From NCBI GenBank assembly GCA_024277435.1, contig JAJRVJ010000028.1:97300-161299 (forward strand): a stretch of 64,000 bases of DNA, given 5' to 3'. Below the pieces are notes generated by a model, which was not told where the DNA came from, ran no database searches, and worked only from the letters and a program-made list of their open reading frames with translations. Below, in pieces: positions 13,105 through 21,382 of the stretch. Each line of letters begins with the position of its first letter. Position 1 is the first letter of the stretch. A program made the translations under genes and the position numbers. This DNA comes from Patescibacteria group bacterium (GTDB taxonomy: Bacteria; Patescibacteriota; Patescibacteriia; UBA9570).

Positions 13105-13673
13105 ATAACTCGATTACAATAGCTGTAGCCGGAAATAATGGTAGCTTTTCACATGAAGCTGGTATGCTATATATCACTGGCCATAAATTAGAAGACGTTC
13201 GTTTTATCTTTGGTATTGATAGCCCTGGAGCATTCAAGGCGATGCGTGACGGCAAGGCGCAAAAAATTATTGTACCTATATACAACACAACCGGAGGATT
13301 GGTGCACATGACGTTGCAGGCTATGGGGTTGTATCAATTTTCTATTGAAGAGATGTTTGATATGAAAATTGATCAGTGTATTATGCTGCATGATGATGCG
13401 CAAGCTGATGAAATTGAACGAGTTGCTTCGCATCCACAAGCTCTACGTCAGTGCCATGATTATCTGCAGGAGCAATGGCCAAAGCGAGAGTTGCAAGAAT
13501 ATCAAGATACCGCTCAAGCCGCTAAAGATTTATCAGACGGCAAACTTTCCAAGCGCACAGCAGTGATAGCGCCAAAGCTTTCAGCGGAATTATACGATCT
13601 TACAATTGCGGGGGAGGCTATTCAGGACGATCCAAACAATGCAACAACATTTTTAGTAATCGCACCACATTAA
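13101..13673 (+). CDS. pheA: Prephenate dehydratase (catalytic domain only, no ACT domain)
   Basis: GSFSHEA, VPIYNTTGG, SHPQALRQC, DTAQAA, IQDDPNNATTF. Confidence 0.85.
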   Translation: MNNSITIAVAGNNGSFSHEAGMLYITGHKLEDVRFIFGIDSPGAFKAMRDGKAQKIIVPIYNTTGGLVHMTLQAMGLYQFSIEEMFDMKIDQCIMLHDDAQADEIERVASHPQALRQCHDYLQEQWPKRELQEYQDTAQAAKDLSDGKLSKRTAVIAPKLSAELYDLTIAGEAIQDDPNNATTFLVIAPH

Positions 13674-13680
13674 GAATAAT

Positions 13681-14379
13681 ATGAACATTGGAATTATTGG
13701 AGTAGGGCGGTTTGGCTCTCTATTAGAAAAACATCTTTCAACAGATAATACAGTAGTTACATTCGATAAAGGTGATCCAGGTGAAGAGTTAATATTATGT
13801 GATCTTGTTATTTTTGCAGTGCCGAATAAAATATTGCAGGATATTGTATATGAGTATCAGCCATTTATCTCTAGTGATGCCACGGTAATGGACGTGGGAT
13901 CAGTAAAAGTGTTGCCGTGTGAGATCTTGCAAGAAGAATTTTCTGATAGAGCATTAGGAACGCATCCGTTATTTGGGCCAGATAGTGCAGGTGAATCTTG
14001 GGACGGGCATAAAATGGTGTTTTGTAAACTAGATATCTCGGATGAACGATATACGGCTGTAAAGAAAGTATTTACTGCTAGAGGAATTACAGCAATTGAA
14101 AGTACGCCAGAGGAGCACGATAAAATGATGGCTAAAACTCAAGCTCTCGTACATTTTATGGGACGGGCGTTATCTGGTATTGAAGAGCAGGAAATTTCTA
14201 CGCCGGATTATGGGAATTTATTGAAGATGATGGAGAAGGTAACAAATGATACCTGGGAGTTATTTTTTGACATACAGAATTTAAATCCGTATGCTGAAGC
14301 TGAACGAAAACAACTGATTACAAAATTACAATCATTAGAAGAACAAATACACGATGACCAACAACAACGCACAACGTAA
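13681..14379 (+). CDS. tyrA: Prephenate/arogenate dehydrogenase
   Basis: IGIIGVGRFG, DVGSVK, THPLFGP, EEHDKMMA.TQ.L.H. Confidence 0.88.
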   Translation: MNIGIIGVGRFGSLLEKHLSTDNTVVTFDKGDPGEELILCDLVIFAVPNKILQDIVYEYQPFISSDATVMDVGSVKVLPCEILQEEFSDRALGTHPLFGPDSAGESWDGHKMVFCKLDISDERYTAVKKVFTARGITAIESTPEEHDKMMAKTQALVHFMGRALSGIEEQEISTPDYGNLLKMMEKVTNDTWELFFDIQNLNPYAEAERKQLITKLQSLEEQIHDDQQQRTT

Positions 14380-14635
14380 ATTAGAAGAGTTGCGAAAACA
14401 AATTGATGAGATAGATAGTGATATTGTGCAAAGTATTGCTAGACGGCTTGTAGTTGTAGAGGAGATCGGTGAAGTGAAAGCTGAATCTGGTTTAGCCGTA
14501 CAAGATGCTAATCGTGAAGCTAAGTTATATGTAAAATTAAATACGCTAGCTCATGAACATGGTGTGCCATTAGATCTCATCATGCATATCTACGATTACA
14601 TCATTAGTCAAGCGCGTGATCGCCAGCAGCAATAA
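14354..14635 (+). CDS. Chorismate mutase (AroQ type)
   Basis: LEELRKQIDEIDSDIV..IARR....IGEVK....VQDANRE. Confidence 0.88.
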   Translation: MTNNNAQRKLEELRKQIDEIDSDIVQSIARRLVVVEEIGEVKAESGLAVQDANREAKLYVKLNTLAHEHGVPLDLIMHIYDYIISQARDRQQQ

Positions 14636-14669
14636 CTACATCTCTTGTGGATAATTATACTCGTTTTTA

Positions 14670-14698
14670 TTGACACATATTTCTGAATGCGATATGTT
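14670..14698 (+). promoter_or_regulatory. Sigma70-type promoter
   Basis: TTGACA (14670-75), 17-nt spacer, TATGTT (14693-98). Confidence 0.65.
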
Positions 14699-14711
14699 GT
14701 TACTAAGTATT

Positions 14712-14846
14712 ATGAATAGTAAAAAATCTTTTAACTTAATCCACAAGATTTGGAACACAACACTCCTCGTGAAGATGGTGTGTGTTTATGTTGTCACTAC
14801 AATTCGACGCACAAATTACGGGTTAAGTTCTATGAGCCATATATAG
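14712..14846 (+). CDS. Putative 44-aa leader peptide (MNSKKSFNLIHKIWNTTLLVKMVCVYVVTTIRRTNYGLSSMSHI)
   Basis: ATG just downstream of the promoter; the ORF 3' end is complementary to the 5' side of the downstream terminator. Confidence 0.45.
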   Translation: MNSKKSFNLIHKIWNTTLLVKMVCVYVVTTIRRTNYGLSSMSHI

Positions 14847-14877
14847 ATTAAAAGATATTAAGGCAAATAACGAACGA

Positions 14878-14903
14878 AGCCCGCAAAAACAGTGGGATTT
14901 TTT
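14878..14903 (+). terminator. Intrinsic terminator (putative attenuator)
   Basis: CCCGC/GTGGG stem followed by a T6 run. Confidence 0.55.
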
Positions 14904-14904
14904 A

Positions 14905-15395
14905 TACGCCTAGACCAGTTTCTGAAACGTTGGAAATTACTCTAGCCGGATAAAACCGGTAAGTTAGCTCTTTACATGTGTATACCATCATTGTTATGCA
15001 ATGGCGATATAACATCAACGTATGGTCAATGAATGCATTGGCCTTATGGCAACGTGATCTTTGATCGTAACCATCTAACTTATATGTTCTTGGTCGCTCA
15101 ATGTATTTATAGTATATATGCATATTGAGCGGCTGGGAACCTTAAGCCACATGGAGTGGGCCTTCTTTGACAATGAAGGTGACGGGTTCGATTCCCCTCG
15201 GTCGCACGAATCGTGCTTTTATAGTGTAGAGAAGAAATCTCCACTATGAAAAGCTTTGAGGGTGGGTACATTCCCACACAGATATTGACTTCGGTCACCA
15301 TCTGTGGAGCACAAGTATCACGTTGCCCCCTTCCCAGTGTGTATCTTACTTAATGTAAGTACTAGGTACACACTGTTCAAGGGATTGTATTATCA
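14905..15395 (+). ncRNA. Candidate long structured ncRNA containing a tRNA-like element
   Basis: No credible ORF. Series of hairpins with G-U pairs on the + strand (e.g. 15086-15102/15124-15140), a cUUCGg loop near 15288-15297, and a T-loop GGTTCGATTCC. Confidence 0.5.
15129..15206 (+). other. Degenerate tRNA-like element
   Basis: Acceptor GCGGCTG/CGGTCGC-A, CCTTC/GAAGG stem with a 9-nt loop containing GAC, T-arm ACGGG-TTCGATT-CCCCT; D-arm non-canonical. Confidence 0.45.
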
Positions 15396-15406
15396 TTACA
15401 ACCATT

Positions 15407-15499
15407 ATGAATTATTCAGGGAAACAACTTATTCTTATTGTGCTTAACCTCGTGATTAATATCACGCTGGGATCTTTATGGTTTAAAAAAGAAATGTAG
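15407..15499 (+). CDS. Putative 30-aa hydrophobic leader peptide (MNYSGKQLILIVLNLVINITLGSLWFKKEM)
   Basis: Short ORF whose 3' part pairs 14/15 nt with the 5' side of the following terminator. Confidence 0.45.
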   Translation: MNYSGKQLILIVLNLVINITLGSLWFKKEM

Positions 15500-15529
15500 A
15501 TTGATATTTTCTTCAATAACCCTAAAGAT

Positions 15530-15556
15530 CCCCGCGCGATAAACGTGGGGTTTTTT
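15530..15556 (+). terminator. Intrinsic terminator (putative attenuator)
   Basis: CCCCGCG/CGTGGGG stem followed by T6. Confidence 0.7.
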
Positions 15557-15814
15557 CATTTAGGCTAATTCTCTGATCTCCCTCTCCTGAAAGGATGGGG
15601 GTCGGAGGAGGGGTCGATCAATGAATCGGTGGTGCTTATATGAGGCGCCAATAGGGTGCCTCAATAGGCATAAATCCACCAATTGTTCTTTACAGATGAT
15701 GAGTATGCAATACGATTCGAGGAAGCGCTGTATGGACTACACCGATGTCCATACAGCGCTTCCCGCGCATCTGCGCATCTTCATCTAACCCCGAAGACCC
15801 CTCAAGGAGGTCCT

Positions 15815-16213
15815 ATGTCGAGCAGCCTGCTCTCCAATCGTCCCGATTTCGCCATGCGCACTCGCGGTGGCCAGCGCCTGGCGTTCCACACCAGCGGTGG
15901 CGTCACCATGGCCTTCAGCCCCGCCACCAGTCAGCCCGTGCGCGCCCGCCTTGTCAGCGAGAAGGGTAACTCAAACGGTTGGCACCTAGTTGGTACTGCC
16001 GAGTTCGATGCGATGGCCACGCTCTACGGGCTGGTCAATGCCTTCGGCTCCTGGTGCCTGCGTGTCGTCCGCTTCGGCGTGGAGATGCTGGTGGACCTCA
16101 CTGCTCGTCACCTGGTGTGTGGTCGCTACGAAGGCGATGACGACTGGGTCAAGCTCGAGGCCGAGGGCTTCTGTGAGCTGGTGCGCGCGTACAACAACAT
16201 GTGCGCCGTCTGA
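15815..16213 (+). CDS. GC-rich hypothetical protein, 132 aa
   Basis: AAGGAGG SD just before ATG 15815; strong G/C third-position bias; followed by a 12-bp hairpin (16231-16266). Confidence 0.75.
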   Translation: MSSSLLSNRPDFAMRTRGGQRLAFHTSGGVTMAFSPATSQPVRARLVSEKGNSNGWHLVGTAEFDAMATLYGLVNAFGSWCLRVVRFGVEMLVDLTARHLVCGRYEGDDDWVKLEAEGFCELVRAYNNMCAV

Positions 16214-16355
16214 TGAGATGTTTTCGGGGAGAAGCGGTGGTGTGGTTCTAAGCCCACCACCGCTTCGCAACCGCTACTGAAATGCTATTGCAACACTTCA
16301 AAAATTTTCTTATAATCACTTTAACAAGCTAACCACTTGGCGTACTAATAGCGAT

Positions 16356-18950
16356 ATGGATCACACATTTCTACAATTACAAAAACGTTTAGCAAAACAA
16401 CTCTGGATCGTTAAAGAACAAACCAATAAAGAGCGCACTCTCGTGTATATCGCAGGAATGTCGCTTGATCAAGAAGAGCTAGCCAAAGTGGCTGGTATTG
16501 CGTTTTATGAAGAGCGATTACTATATGTAATTGGTCTACTTCGTAATCCTGAAACAACGGTAGTCTTCGTTACCTCCACACAAATTGACCCAGTAATTTT
16601 AGAGTATTATTTCCAACTATTTGGACGTAATAAACAAGAACAGGCCAGCATGCGTAAGCGCTGGCATCATTTTTATATTGGAAATAGTCGCACTCATAAA
16701 ACTCTTACGCGAAAGGTATTGTCTTCCAAGCGGGTAACCAACCAGGTGTTATCAAAAATTGTGAGCAAAGAACATGCAGTGTTACGGTGTTTTAATGTGT
16801 CTGAAGATGAACAGGCTTTAGCTGTTAAATTAGGAATTCCATTATTTGCTCCTAATCCCGACCTATTACATTGGGGTTCAAAATCTGGTTCCCGTAAAAT
16901 ATTTAAACAGGCTAAGCTAAAACCAGCGTATGGAATTGAAGATATTCATTCGATGGAAGAGCTTATTGCAGCCATTCGAAAAATTAAGAAGCAGCGTAAT
17001 CCAGAGCAAGTTGTTATTAAATTTAATTACAGTTTTTCTGGCGTTGGTAACGCAAATTTACTACTAAAGAAGTTTCCAAAATCAAATAAAGCCGCTGAAC
17101 AATATCTTAAAAAGAATATTGTGCCGTGTGAGCCGGGCATGACAAAAGTACAGTATCTAAAAAAATGTTTCGAAATGGGCGGCATTGTTGAAGAATGGCT
17201 AGTTGGAGATAAAGTATATTCACCAAGCGTACAAGTACTCATTGAACCAAATCAAGAAGTACGTATTTTATCTACACATGAACAATTATTAGATCCCGAA
17301 ACAAAGCAGGTGTATTTAGGTGCTCGTTTTCCAGCTCGTAAAAAATTACGACCATACATTGTAGATCAGGCTAAGGCGGTTGGTAATGCCTTAGCAAAAG
17401 AAGGTGTTATCGGACCACTTGGTATAGATTTTTTGGTAGTGAAAAAACGCGGAAAAACATATACGCATCCGGTTGAAATTAATTTACGCAAAGGTGGTAC
17501 CACGCATCCATTTCAAATTGCCCAAATGCTTACCGAGGGAACTACTCGTCCGATTGGAGCAATGCTTGGTAAAAATAAGAAGAAAGTATATTACTACTCA
17601 TTCGATAATATTAAGTCTTCGCAGTATACGGGGCTTACACCGAAACAGTTAATAGCTATCGTGCGAGAATCGGGACTGGAATTTGATTCCGAAGGAAATA
17701 TGGGGGTAGCATTACATTTAATGGGTGCGCTCCGTAAATATGGCAAATTCGGTGCAGTATGTATTGCCCGCTCACCAAAGGCAGCTGAACAACTATTTGT
17801 GTTATTGAAAAAAGTAGTTGATGCAAAAGTGGAGGAATTGGATATTGCCATAGAGGCTGAAGAGCTTGAAAATACCGTGAATCGTAAACGTTTAGTGGAT
17901 ACATTTGTTACGTTAGCAAGAATTCCCAGCCCTTCAGGTGAAGAAGATCAATTGCGCATTTGGTTACGTGAGGAGTTGGTGCGTTTAGGGTGTACAGTGC
18001 GGGTAGATAAGGCTGGAAATATTATTGCTAAAAAAGCTGGCGTGGGTAAAGTGCCAATATTACTTTCATCACATATGGATACAGTGCAGCCATGCCATAA
18101 TGTAAAACCAGTTGTGCGTGGAGATGTGATTATGACCGACGGCACAACTATTTTAGGCGCCGATAATAAAGCCGGAATAGTATATATTATTGAAGCCTTG
18201 CGTATACTGAGAGAAAATAAATTTTCACACATACCATTAGAAATTGTACTATCCACGTACGAAGAGCAATTTTCTCAGGGAGTGAAAGCTTTAGACATGT
18301 CAAAAATTAAATCGCCATTTGGATTAGTAATTGATGGTGCAGATGTAGGTGAGGTAGATTATACAGCACCATATATTGCAGTAATTGATGTAACTATAAC
18401 TGGCAAGGCGGCTCATTCGGGTGTAGAGCCAGAGAATGGTATTAGTGCAATTCAAATTGCTGCGCAGGCCATTAATCGTATGAAGCTTGGAAGAATCTAT
18501 CCAGATACTACCGCGAACATTGGATTGATTACGGGCGGAACTAATCGTAATGCTATCCCTGGAGAAGTAAGGCTTATTGGTGAAGTGCGTAGTCTTTCAA
18601 AACGGAAGCTTGAAGAGCAACTTGAACGCATGCACAAAGCATTGGAGGATGCCGCAGAAAAATATGGTGGTTTGTTGGCAATAGATAGTAGAGTTGCAGT
18701 GAGTGGTTATACATTTTCAAAAACCGATAAAGATATTAAACACATTATGGCTGTAATGAAGCGGGTTGGTATTCAGCCACAATTACGACAAGCTGGCGGA
18801 GGGTCTGATGCGAATGTATTTGTAATGCGCGGTGTAAAAACTATCGATGTAGGTACGGGAGTACGTAAGCCCCATACTGTTGAAGAGCATATCAATATCA
18901 ACGATATGGTGCAGATGGCTGAATTCGTTTTAGAGATGATCAAGGTATAA
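16356..18950 (+). CDS. Fusion of a PGM1-like ATP-grasp peptide ligase and an M20 (PepT-like) peptidase
   Basis: N-part YEERLLY..LL.NP, WGSKSGSRKIF, SPSVQ, STHEQLL, EINLRKGGTTHP; C-part SPSGEE, SHMDTV, LGADNKAG, GKAAHSG, GGGSDAN, HTVEE. Confidence 0.75.
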   Translation: MDHTFLQLQKRLAKQLWIVKEQTNKERTLVYIAGMSLDQEELAKVAGIAFYEERLLYVIGLLRNPETTVVFVTSTQIDPVILEYYFQLFGRNKQEQASMRKRWHHFYIGNSRTHKTLTRKVLSSKRVTNQVLSKIVSKEHAVLRCFNVSEDEQALAVKLGIPLFAPNPDLLHWGSKSGSRKIFKQAKLKPAYGIEDIHSMEELIAAIRKIKKQRNPEQVVIKFNYSFSGVGNANLLLKKFPKSNKAAEQYLKKNIVPCEPGMTKVQYLKKCFEMGGIVEEWLVGDKVYSPSVQVLIEPNQEVRILSTHEQLLDPETKQVYLGARFPARKKLRPYIVDQAKAVGNALAKEGVIGPLGIDFLVVKKRGKTYTHPVEINLRKGGTTHPFQIAQMLTEGTTRPIGAMLGKNKKKVYYYSFDNIKSSQYTGLTPKQLIAIVRESGLEFDSEGNMGVALHLMGALRKYGKFGAVCIARSPKAAEQLFVLLKKVVDAKVEELDIAIEAEELENTVNRKRLVDTFVTLARIPSPSGEEDQLRIWLREELVRLGCTVRVDKAGNIIAKKAGVGKVPILLSSHMDTVQPCHNVKPVVRGDVIMTDGTTILGADNKAGIVYIIEALRILRENKFSHIPLEIVLSTYEEQFSQGVKALDMSKIKSPFGLVIDGADVGEVDYTAPYIAVIDVTITGKAAHSGVEPENGISAIQIAAQAINRMKLGRIYPDTTANIGLITGGTNRNAIPGEVRLIGEVRSLSKRKLEEQLERMHKALEDAAEKYGGLLAIDSRVAVSGYTFSKTDKDIKHIMAVMKRVGIQPQLRQAGGGSDANVFVMRGVKTIDVGTGVRKPHTVEEHININDMVQMAEFVLEMIKV

Positions 18951-19049
18951 TAATATAGTGCGCTAAACTCAGCAGAAAAATCGTCAAGCAATTCAGTGTA
19001 TAAAATGCGCATAATTATATTGAAGAGCAGCATATAATTTGTTACAATA

Positions 19050-19231
19050 TAGCTGTCCCGTTCTTTCACTTAAACCACTTTCGACAATCTTTTCTCTAAG
19101 GGAGTTTTACATCGCTGTGCATCATGGAGTTCTCTGCGACCATTCAGGAACTTGGAAAGTTCTAAGCTGTTCAGTTGCGAACACCCACGTAAAATAAGAG
19201 GGGAGTTGGTTTAAGATATCAGGGCGGGCTA
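19050..19231 (+). ncRNA. Candidate rod-like structured RNA (6S-like)
   Basis: Nested end-to-end pairings: CTGTCC/GGGCGG, CTTAAACCA(19069-77)/TGGTTTAAG(19207-15), TTTTAC/GTAAAA, TCGC/GCGA; about 180 nt. Confidence 0.4.
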
Positions 19232-19268
19232 AAAAGTAGATGCATGCCATGGCATGCATCTACTTTTT
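19231..19268. repeat. Perfect 38-bp palindrome containing a GTAG-type REP-like element
   Basis: AAAAAG TAGATGCATGCCATGGCATGCATCTA CTTTTT; degenerate copy at 23404-23423. Confidence 0.7.
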
Positions 19269-19303
19269 CTGGGCAGTTGTTGTTTATAAGATAAAAATAG
19301 TAT

Positions 19304-20587
19304 ATGAATTTCAAAGAATTACGTACAAAAGAGTTCGCTCGATTAGTGGATCAGCAGCATGTGTATGTAGATTATACTGGTGGTGGGCAATGTCCGGCTT
19401 CTGTGATGCAGCAATATAGTGATTTATTACAGACTACGGCTTTTGGTAATCCACACTCTTATAATCCAACATCATTGCATACTACGGAACTCATTGAAGA
19501 AGTGCGTGGAATGATATTAGATTTTTATAATGCCAAAGATGATTACACACTTATTTTTACACAGAATGCTTCAGGTGCTTTAAAAATTCTTGGAGAATCA
19601 TATCCATGGGGAGAAAATAGCCTATATATTATAGCGCGTGATAATCACAATTCCGTATTAGGCATTCGTGAATATGCAAAAAAAGCCGGAGCAACGGTGC
19701 AGTATTGGGAACTTGATGATGAATTGCGTTTACAAAATAATCTTGGAGAGTTAATTGGTCAGCATCCTGGCAAAGATGTTGTTGTGGCATATCCTGCGCA
19801 ATCAAACTTTAGCGGCGTAATGCATTCATTAGAATATGTTGAACGAGCGCATCAGCTTGGCGCTACAGTATTTTTAGATACTGCCGCATTTGTTCCAACG
19901 CATACGTTGGACTTACAAGCTATTCAGCCAGATGCAGCCTGTGTATCTTTTTACAAAGTTCTTGGATTTCCAACTGGTATTGGCGCGCTACTTATTCGCA
20001 ACGATCTATTGGAGAAACTTGAGAAAGCATGGTTTGCTGGCGGCACTGTGCGTGGAGTAAGTTTGGAAGATCATGTATTAGAACGCGGCCATGAAAGTTT
20101 TGAAGATGGTACGGTAAATTATGCTCTTATTCCAGGGTTAAAATATGTATATGAATTTATTGAAGAGCTTGGTGGTGTTGAAAAAATTGAAGAGCATGTA
20201 ACAGCGCTTACCGCAAAAGCATTAGAAGAATTACAGCAGATAGAAAACGTGGTTGTGTATGGTCCTAAAACAATGGATAACCATGGTGCAACTGTTGCAT
20301 TTAATATTCTAGATAAAGCCGGAGCTCCTATTCATTATGGCGAGATTGAGAAGTTAGCGTATGATAAAAAGATTTCATTACGTGGAGGATGTTTCTGTAA
20401 TCCTGGAGCAGGTTCAAAATCGTTTGGTCTCGATTCAGCGTCGATGCAAGGATTATTAGGAAAATTAAAAACGCATTCTAAAGAAGATGCGGCCGTACCT
20501 GGGGCTATTCGTGTTTCATTTGGAATTGCTAATTCAGAAGAAGATGTAAACGCAGTAATAGATTTTGTAAAATCAGTTGTGCAGTAA
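19304..20587 (+). CDS. Class V PLP aminotransferase, molybdenum cofactor sulfurase-like
   Basis: YVDYTGGG, GNPHS, DNHNSVLGIRE, PAQSNFSG, SFYKVLGFPTGIGALL, RGGCFCNPG. Confidence 0.85.
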   Translation: MNFKELRTKEFARLVDQQHVYVDYTGGGQCPASVMQQYSDLLQTTAFGNPHSYNPTSLHTTELIEEVRGMILDFYNAKDDYTLIFTQNASGALKILGESYPWGENSLYIIARDNHNSVLGIREYAKKAGATVQYWELDDELRLQNNLGELIGQHPGKDVVVAYPAQSNFSGVMHSLEYVERAHQLGATVFLDTAAFVPTHTLDLQAIQPDAACVSFYKVLGFPTGIGALLIRNDLLEKLEKAWFAGGTVRGVSLEDHVLERGHESFEDGTVNYALIPGLKYVYEFIEELGGVEKIEEHVTALTAKALEELQQIENVVVYGPKTMDNHGATVAFNILDKAGAPIHYGEIEKLAYDKKISLRGGCFCNPGAGSKSFGLDSASMQGLLGKLKTHSKEDAAVPGAIRVSFGIANSEEDVNAVIDFVKSVVQ

Positions 20588-20754
20588 TAATATAATTCTC
20601 AGTAAAACAAAACAGCTCTCTTAAATAATTTAAGAGAGCTGTTTTGTAGTTCACCTCTATACATACCATAAATGTGTAGGCTGTTATGTATAGAGGTGTA
20701 ACGGACGCGAGTTGTAGCAAGCGTCCGTCCACCGAACTCCCCCTGGGAGCATGT

Positions 20755-21168
20755 TCAGATGATCTTGTGCTGTCTCCTGACGGAGGCAGCGACGACGTGG
20801 TCCAGTGCTTCCGCGCAGTTGCGCCAGGCGGTGCCGCTCACCACCACGATCTGGCCCTTGTTGGCGGAAGCAACGATCACGTCGGCGTCGCGCATCATTC
20901 CATCGACGTATAGGCTGTGGAATCCTACGGGCAGGAGGCCGGAGTCGATCAGGACCCGGATCCTCTCCTGACTACCGGACTTGCGCGGCAGGTTGGTCTG
21001 GACGGTGACACCCGGACCCAGGAAGTAGAGCTTCCCGTCGCTGGAGGTGTCAGCAGTGATGATCTTCTGACCGCGGCGGACGGTCAGCACCGATGCCCCT
21101 TCGGACACCAGGTGCTTCGCCGCAGCCTCGGAGAAGCCCAGTTGTTGCAGGATCTGTTCTGCTGTCAT
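20755..21168 (-). CDS. GC-rich protein resembling a degenerate cyclic-nucleotide-binding (cNMP/Crp-type) domain
   Basis: Pattern RRGQKII...SD.KLYFL..G...V....G...GF.SL.....R.ADV matches the cNMP beta-barrel layout by eye; GGGAG SD upstream. Confidence 0.6.
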   Translation of the reverse strand: MTAEQILQQLGFSEAAAKHLVSEGASVLTVRRGQKIITADTSSDGKLYFLGPGVTVQTNLPRKSGSQERIRVLIDSGLLPVGFHSLYVDGMMRDADVIVASANKGQIVVVSGTAWRNCAEALDHVVAASVRRQHKII

Positions 21169-21276
21169 AGTTCTCCCTCGGATTGTTCCATGACAATCCT
21201 ATTCGGTGTGTACATATTTAATAGCATTATGAGTATTTTGTACATATCTATTGAAGTACTACTGAATATATTTTAC

Positions 21277-21348
21277 TTGACAAAATACCCCAATAATTGG
21301 AAAATGATGTGCTCGCAGGACTAGTTTCCTGCTTGCGTTCCTTGAAAA
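21277..21348 (+). promoter_or_regulatory. Promoter, hairpin and boxA-like motif upstream of the cyclase gene
   Basis: TTGACA at 21277, GCAGGA/TCCTGC hairpin, GTTCCTTGAAAA at 21337-21348. Confidence 0.45.
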
Positions 21349-21382
21349 ATGGCACATGCCACTAACGTCATGAGGTCTCCAC

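Noticed and set aside
15000-15210. tmRNA, suggested by the GGGTTCGATTCCC 3' end
   Set aside because: No GGGG-type 5' acceptor, no G3-U70 pair, no CCA and no tag-peptide frame found.
15683-15814. Longer TTG start for the 16213 ORF
   Set aside because: The region is hairpin-rich leader; a strong SD supports ATG 15815.
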